From assembly GCF_001194135.2 (NCBI RefSeq), contig NC_069000.1, positions 37,539,318 through 37,592,784 of the forward strand: a stretch of 53,467 bases of DNA, read 5' to 3'. This document shows positions 48,661 to 53,467 of this stretch, piece after piece (the first letter of the stretch is position 1; every line of letters starts with the position of its first letter). A program made the position numbers and the translations under genes. The stretch comes from Octopus bimaculoides (Eukaryota). Under the pieces are notes generated by a model. It saw nothing but the letters and a program-made list of their open reading frames with translations. It did no database searches and was not told where the DNA came from.

Positions 48661-49708
48661 ATCGTTAATTCAAAATAATGAGAATGAATAAGCATTACAT
48701 TTCACAGAGTAATCTGAATGCTAAATGATTCATCTAGCATATCATCAGGGAAACAAGAAATACTAAGATACTTTCACAACCAGAACTGAAAAGTCTCAAT
48801 TCATGAAAAACTGAAAAACTTAACATTTTGCAAACTTTTCGCAACAATATTTGACATTTATTGTGGTAAGTACCATAGAGCAAAAAATAAGCACTTCATG
48901 AGCTACAAACTTCTCTTCATCTATACAATGAATATAATTGAAAAAGACCCGAATGTCACAGCATTCTATTTACTTTTCTAAAGCAAAAAAAAACTCTATA
49001 TTTTAGAGTCACTGGTTTTAATTTAAAACAGCAAAATATGACAATGATTGAATGATAACCTAACAGACTTATTGAAATTCAAAGACCATAATGACCGATA
49101 TTTCAACTAAAGAACTTGAAAATTCAATGCTTATTAAAACCTGTTCAAACACACACACACACACATGCTCAATTATTTTTGTGATATAGATGAAAAGCAA
49201 AATGAAACAAGTCTAATCTATAGAAAATTAGGGACAGTAATGAGAAAATACATTTGTAAACAGTTGCTATAATTTATTTTTCACTGACTTATCTTTAGCA
49301 CATAAGTCAAACTGTCATGAATCAAGAGTATAAATATCAACAGCAAATTTAAAGTACTTTTACATCAATATCAACAATTTTTTTTTTTTATTAATTTAAA
49401 TTTTTTTTTTTTTTCTAAATTCATTTTCAATCACTCAGTGTGAAAGAAAAATGCTTAGAACTTTTTTTTGAAACCATTAATAGAAAAGTTTCTTCATTCA
49501 GAAATAATTGTTTATTAAATTACATTTTTTTTTTTTTTTTTTACGGTTTTTACTAAAAGTAGTAATAATATATTCCATTTCTATCACACAGTAAATAACA
49601 TTGCTGAGGAGAAAAAAACAAAAAAAGGTCTTTCAAATTATGCAGTTTGCTTTTCTCTTAATTCTCTTAATTTTGTTTACAATTTGCTAGATTTCTTTGT
49701 ACTCAAAA

Positions 49709-50100
49709 TCACTGTTGCACCAAGAACAGAACAAGCCGAACATTAATGGTTTTCGATGCAAGTAATTTGTTGCATTCAAGAACATCGACTGTGGGTAGTG
49801 TATGGTATTCACTTTCTGTAGAATCGTTTGAGAACTCAAACTCGTAGACATACGGGGTCACGTTCAAATCTCCGTAAGGTCCTTTCAGGGCCATGAACAA
49901 GACTTTCAGAGGATTACTTGTTCGGCTTTTTAGAACCAGTTGGTAACTGAGGGTGCGTTTACTACTGTGAGTTGGATCTTTCTGGTCGTGGTCAACACGG
50001 GCTTTCAAAACCCACTGATGCTGGAAGGATGAGAAACGACTTGTCTCGTAAAAGAGTTTGGTGATGAAATCGTCAGTTCTGAAGGGTCGTAACTGGAGAT
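49709..50100 (-). CDS. CYHR1: CYHR1/ZFTRAF1 terminal coding exon
   Basis: (D)LQLRPFRTDDFITKLFYETSRF...LECNKLLASKTINVRLVLFLVQQ* matches the recalled CYHR1 C-terminus. Acceptor tttattatag|AT at 50101/50100. The phase-1 join G+AT=Asp is in frame with the upstream exon. Confidence 0.92.
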
Positions 50101-50377
50101 CTATAATAAAAAAACAAAACAAAACAAGGAAAAACAAAAACAAACCATTAAATGCAAGACAACAGACATAAAGTAATGTTGCTCCATTACTAGACATGTT
50201 TGCACAAAAGACTGATAATGAAACACATGGCTTGCATGATGGTGACATGTGCTTACAATTATACATGATATCTAGGCAAAGAGACAGCAACACAAACACA
50301 CACACGTACATACATATTCTTTTATTCTTTTACTGGTTTCAGTCAGAGGCTGGGGCCATGCTGGAGTACCACCTTTC

Positions 50378-50690
50378 AGTGTTTTTGGGTCCTCTCTACA
50401 CTGTGAGTTGGACAGAGCTGCTCTTCTTTGTGCTTCCTGCCACAATGTGGGTTCATCTGGGATTTCAGGTAGGACTTTGTCCAAGTGCTTTTTGAAGGTT
50501 TCCATATCTACACCTAGCAAATCTCTGAGGTTGTTTGGCAGGATGTTAAACAGTTGTGGTCCCCTAGAACTCAAACTGTTGCAATACTGGGTCCTAATCT
50601 GAGATGAAGAAGACAGGATCTTTTGTATTATGCAGTGCCATTCAGTTCGGTCGTTGGTTGGTAGAGCTTTTAATTCCAAAGTTGTGTACT
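50378..50690 (-). mobile_element. 5'-truncated CR1/L2-clan LINE 3' end inserted in a SINE-B within the last CYHR1 intron
   Basis: RTQYCNSLSSRGPQLFNILPNNLRDL...FKKHLDKVLPEIPDEP...RAALSNS. SINE-B halves lie on both sides. Confidence 0.75.
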
Positions 50691-51074
50691 TTTTTTGTTA
50701 CCTTTAAAGCCTGCTACTTATTCTATCAGTATATTTTGCCAAACTGCTAAGTTGCGAGAATGTAAACACACCAACACTGGTTACCTAGCAATGGTGAGAG
50801 ACAAACACACATACACACACATATATATATGATGGGATTCTTTCAGTTTCTGCCTACCAAATCCACTCACAAGGCTTTGGTCAGCCTGAGGTTATAGCAG
50901 AAGACACTTGCCCAAAGTGTCACACATTGGGACTGAACCCAGAACCATGTGGTTGGGAAGCAAACTTCTTACCACACAGCCATGCAGGTGCCTGTATTTG
51001 ATGACACAAAATTTAATCAAAAGCATATAAAATAATTACAAAAGATCTCTACAAGGTTCCATGTATGGCCTTAC

Positions 51075-51286
51075 CATTGAATGTTATTTTCTCATAGGAG
51101 AGCAGTGCAAATATATCTTCATAGAGTTTCAGTTGTTCTGTATTTTGTTTATCAATTGCCTGTAAGGCATCCATAAGTTCAATGCCAGTTTTCTGAGGGT
51201 GATTGCAGTTTTCTTCATGCTCTCTGAGTTCATGGTATGGACCACGCCAGGGGCACCCAAGCTGGGCATATTTGCACGAACTCGGC
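51075..51286 (-). CDS. CYHR1: Cysteine/histidine-rich protein 1 (zinc finger TRAF-type containing 1), penultimate coding exon
   Basis: RPSSCKYAQLGCPWRGPYHELREHEENCNHPQKTGIELMDALQAIDKQNTEQLKLYEDIFALLSYEKITFN matches my recollection of the CYHR1 TRAF-type zinc finger and following helix. Acceptor ttctgcag|G at 51287/51286. Donor G|GTAAGG at 51075/51074. Confidence 0.9.
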
Positions 51287-52865
51287 CTGCAGAATACAGA
51301 AGCCAAAACTTTAGACAGTAAATATTTTATGTTTAAATGCTGTTTTTTTTGTTTTTTTGTTTTTCTTTTTTCGGGAAAAAAATACAGAAAAAATAAAAAT
51401 GATAAAAAAACTGTAATAATAATAATAATAATAATAATAATGATAATAATAATAATAATAAACAATTTTCAGAAAAAAGAGTTTCAATCATCTTCAAACA
51501 AATTAATGACAGACATCAACCTTGGACAATGACAGCATACTTACTCGGATGATAAGTCTTGGTGAGAGGTCTGGAAGCTACTGATGGAAATGGACAGACC
51601 AGCACCTGAAACCTTCTAAGTCTNNNNNNNNNNNNNNNNNNNNNNNNNNNNNNNNNNNNNNNNNNNNNNNNNNNNNNNNNNNNNNNNNNNNNNNNNNNNN
51701 NNNNNNNNNNNNNNNNNNNNNNNNNNNNNNNNNNNNNNNNNNNNNNNNNNNNNNNNNNNNNNNNNNNNNNNNNNNNNNNNNNNNNNNNNNNNNNNNNNNN
51801 NNNNNNNNNNNNNNNNNNNNNNNNNNNNNNNNNNNNNNNNNNNNNNNNNNNNNNNNNNNNNNNNNNNNNNNNNNNNNNNNNNNNNNNNNNNNNNNNNNNN
51901 NNNNNNNNNNNNNNNNNNNNNNNNNNNNNNNNNNNNNNNNNNNNNNNNNNNNNNNNNNNNNNATTAATTGCTAACAGAAAAATTAACTAAATCCTTCAAT
52001 TATGATTTTATTAGTAATTTAACTAGTGAGTTATATATTTTAACTAAGTTATAATATACATCACAAGAATTTAGAAACTTCGAGAGAATGTGAAATAATT
52101 GATTTTAAACTGTGGAACTCGAAGTAGATAAAGCTATAAATAATAGCATGTAGATACTGGGTTGAAAACCCTTAGAAATAAAAACCATTGTTTTTAATCA
52201 CGCAAGTTCCAGGTAATAAGAAAAAAAAATACAAATCTCATTATTAATTCCAGAAAAAAACATTTACATATGATTCTTTAAAAGAATTTTTTAGATTATT
52301 AAAAATCTAGTTTAAAAATTTCAAAAGGTAAATTATACAGCAAAGAGAAAAGATACAAAAACAATTAATTTAGTTGACACAGTTAGAGCCAAATGAACCA
52401 GATTTCATTAAATATTATAAAAAGAAGCTTAATGTTAAGATAATAAATGTAATGAGTGTATGTATGTGTCTGTATGTGTGTTGTGTGCACATGTGATGCA
52501 ATTTATACTTTAATAAACTACAATTCACAAAATAAGATTTCTTTATTATATTCATGTAAAATCAATCATTCAGCAAGCTGCTTATTGCAACCAACAAACG
52601 AATCTAAAGATGGTACTGATATACCATGGATGAGAGTCGGTTGCAAACAGTAGCTATACAGAATTGAAATATATTTATTTTAAATTGTATGAATGGCAAG
52701 GAACAATGGTAGGAGCAAGGAGGCAGCAGCAGCTTATAACACAGTGGACGTGAAAGTAGTTCCCCTTGGAAACATTGACCAAACATACTGACAGCTGCTG
52801 AATCATCTGCATTGAGCGTCTGTCAAATAAAAATATGAGAGAGAAAAAAAGACAGAAAAGCAATA

Positions 52866-52897
<32 letters not shown>

Positions 52898-53027
52898 ATA
52901 GATATATATATAATAATATATATATATATATAAATATGTATATACATAGTATAACATATATATATATGTTGTATAATATATATATATAATATATATATAG
53001 TATATTATAAATATATACTGTATATTT

Positions 53028-53065
<38 letters not shown>

Positions 53066-53169
53066 TACTATATATATAAATATATATACTCACACAATAT
53101 AACACATATACACACACACACACATATATATATATACATATATAGTATATATACCATATATAAATATAT

Positions 53170-53210
<41 letters not shown>

Positions 53211-53467
53211 ACATTAATTCCACTAAATATTTGAACATCTCAGAAAATCTCAGATTTAATTATCGACTGAGCTGGCTTACTTCTTGCTTGCCAGCAGACA
53301 CAAACAAACCATCACTTACCTAACAAGATACAAAAGTATTCCAAAGATGAAATATCTCAAGCCAGACTTAGGATAAAAACGTTTCTCTTTTTTTTTTTTT
53401 GTATATCATTCTTAAAGTTTCTCAATGAAAAATGATTCAAATAAAACTTTTCCTCATAAGGAACATT

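Overview
Repeat-rich, AT-rich animal genomic DNA with 11 N-gaps. It is most likely from a coleoid cephalopod (Octopus-like); this is inferred from the protocadherin type, the dense tRNA-derived SINEs and the microsatellite load. Two genes face each other. (1) On the + strand, a protocadherin with a signal peptide, 7 cadherin repeats and a TM segment in one large exon (14099-16789). It splices in frame to two cytoplasmic exons that the ORF track misses or mis-starts (33378-33516, carrying DSGRGWSD; 37825-38354), giving about 1119 aa. (2) On the - strand, the last two coding exons of a CYHR1/ZFTRAF1 orthologue (51286-51075, 50100-49709). The rest is a layered transposon landscape: four SINE families that share modules, LINE fragments (CR1-like, RTE, R4/Dong, L1/Tx1-like), hAT, piggyBac-like and mariner MITEs, mariner/Tc1 transposase remnants and a Helitron remnant. 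The most notable non-coding signal is a set of hammerhead-ribozyme motifs. One at 39785-39831 has all core nucleotides intact, lies sense to and about 1.4 kb downstream of the protocadherin stop, and sits next to a perfect 54-bp-arm palindrome built around an RTE tail. A second at 9942-10002 is one substitution from canonical, and a third at about 4420-4525 is degenerate. All calls were made by eye; no searches or folding programs were run.
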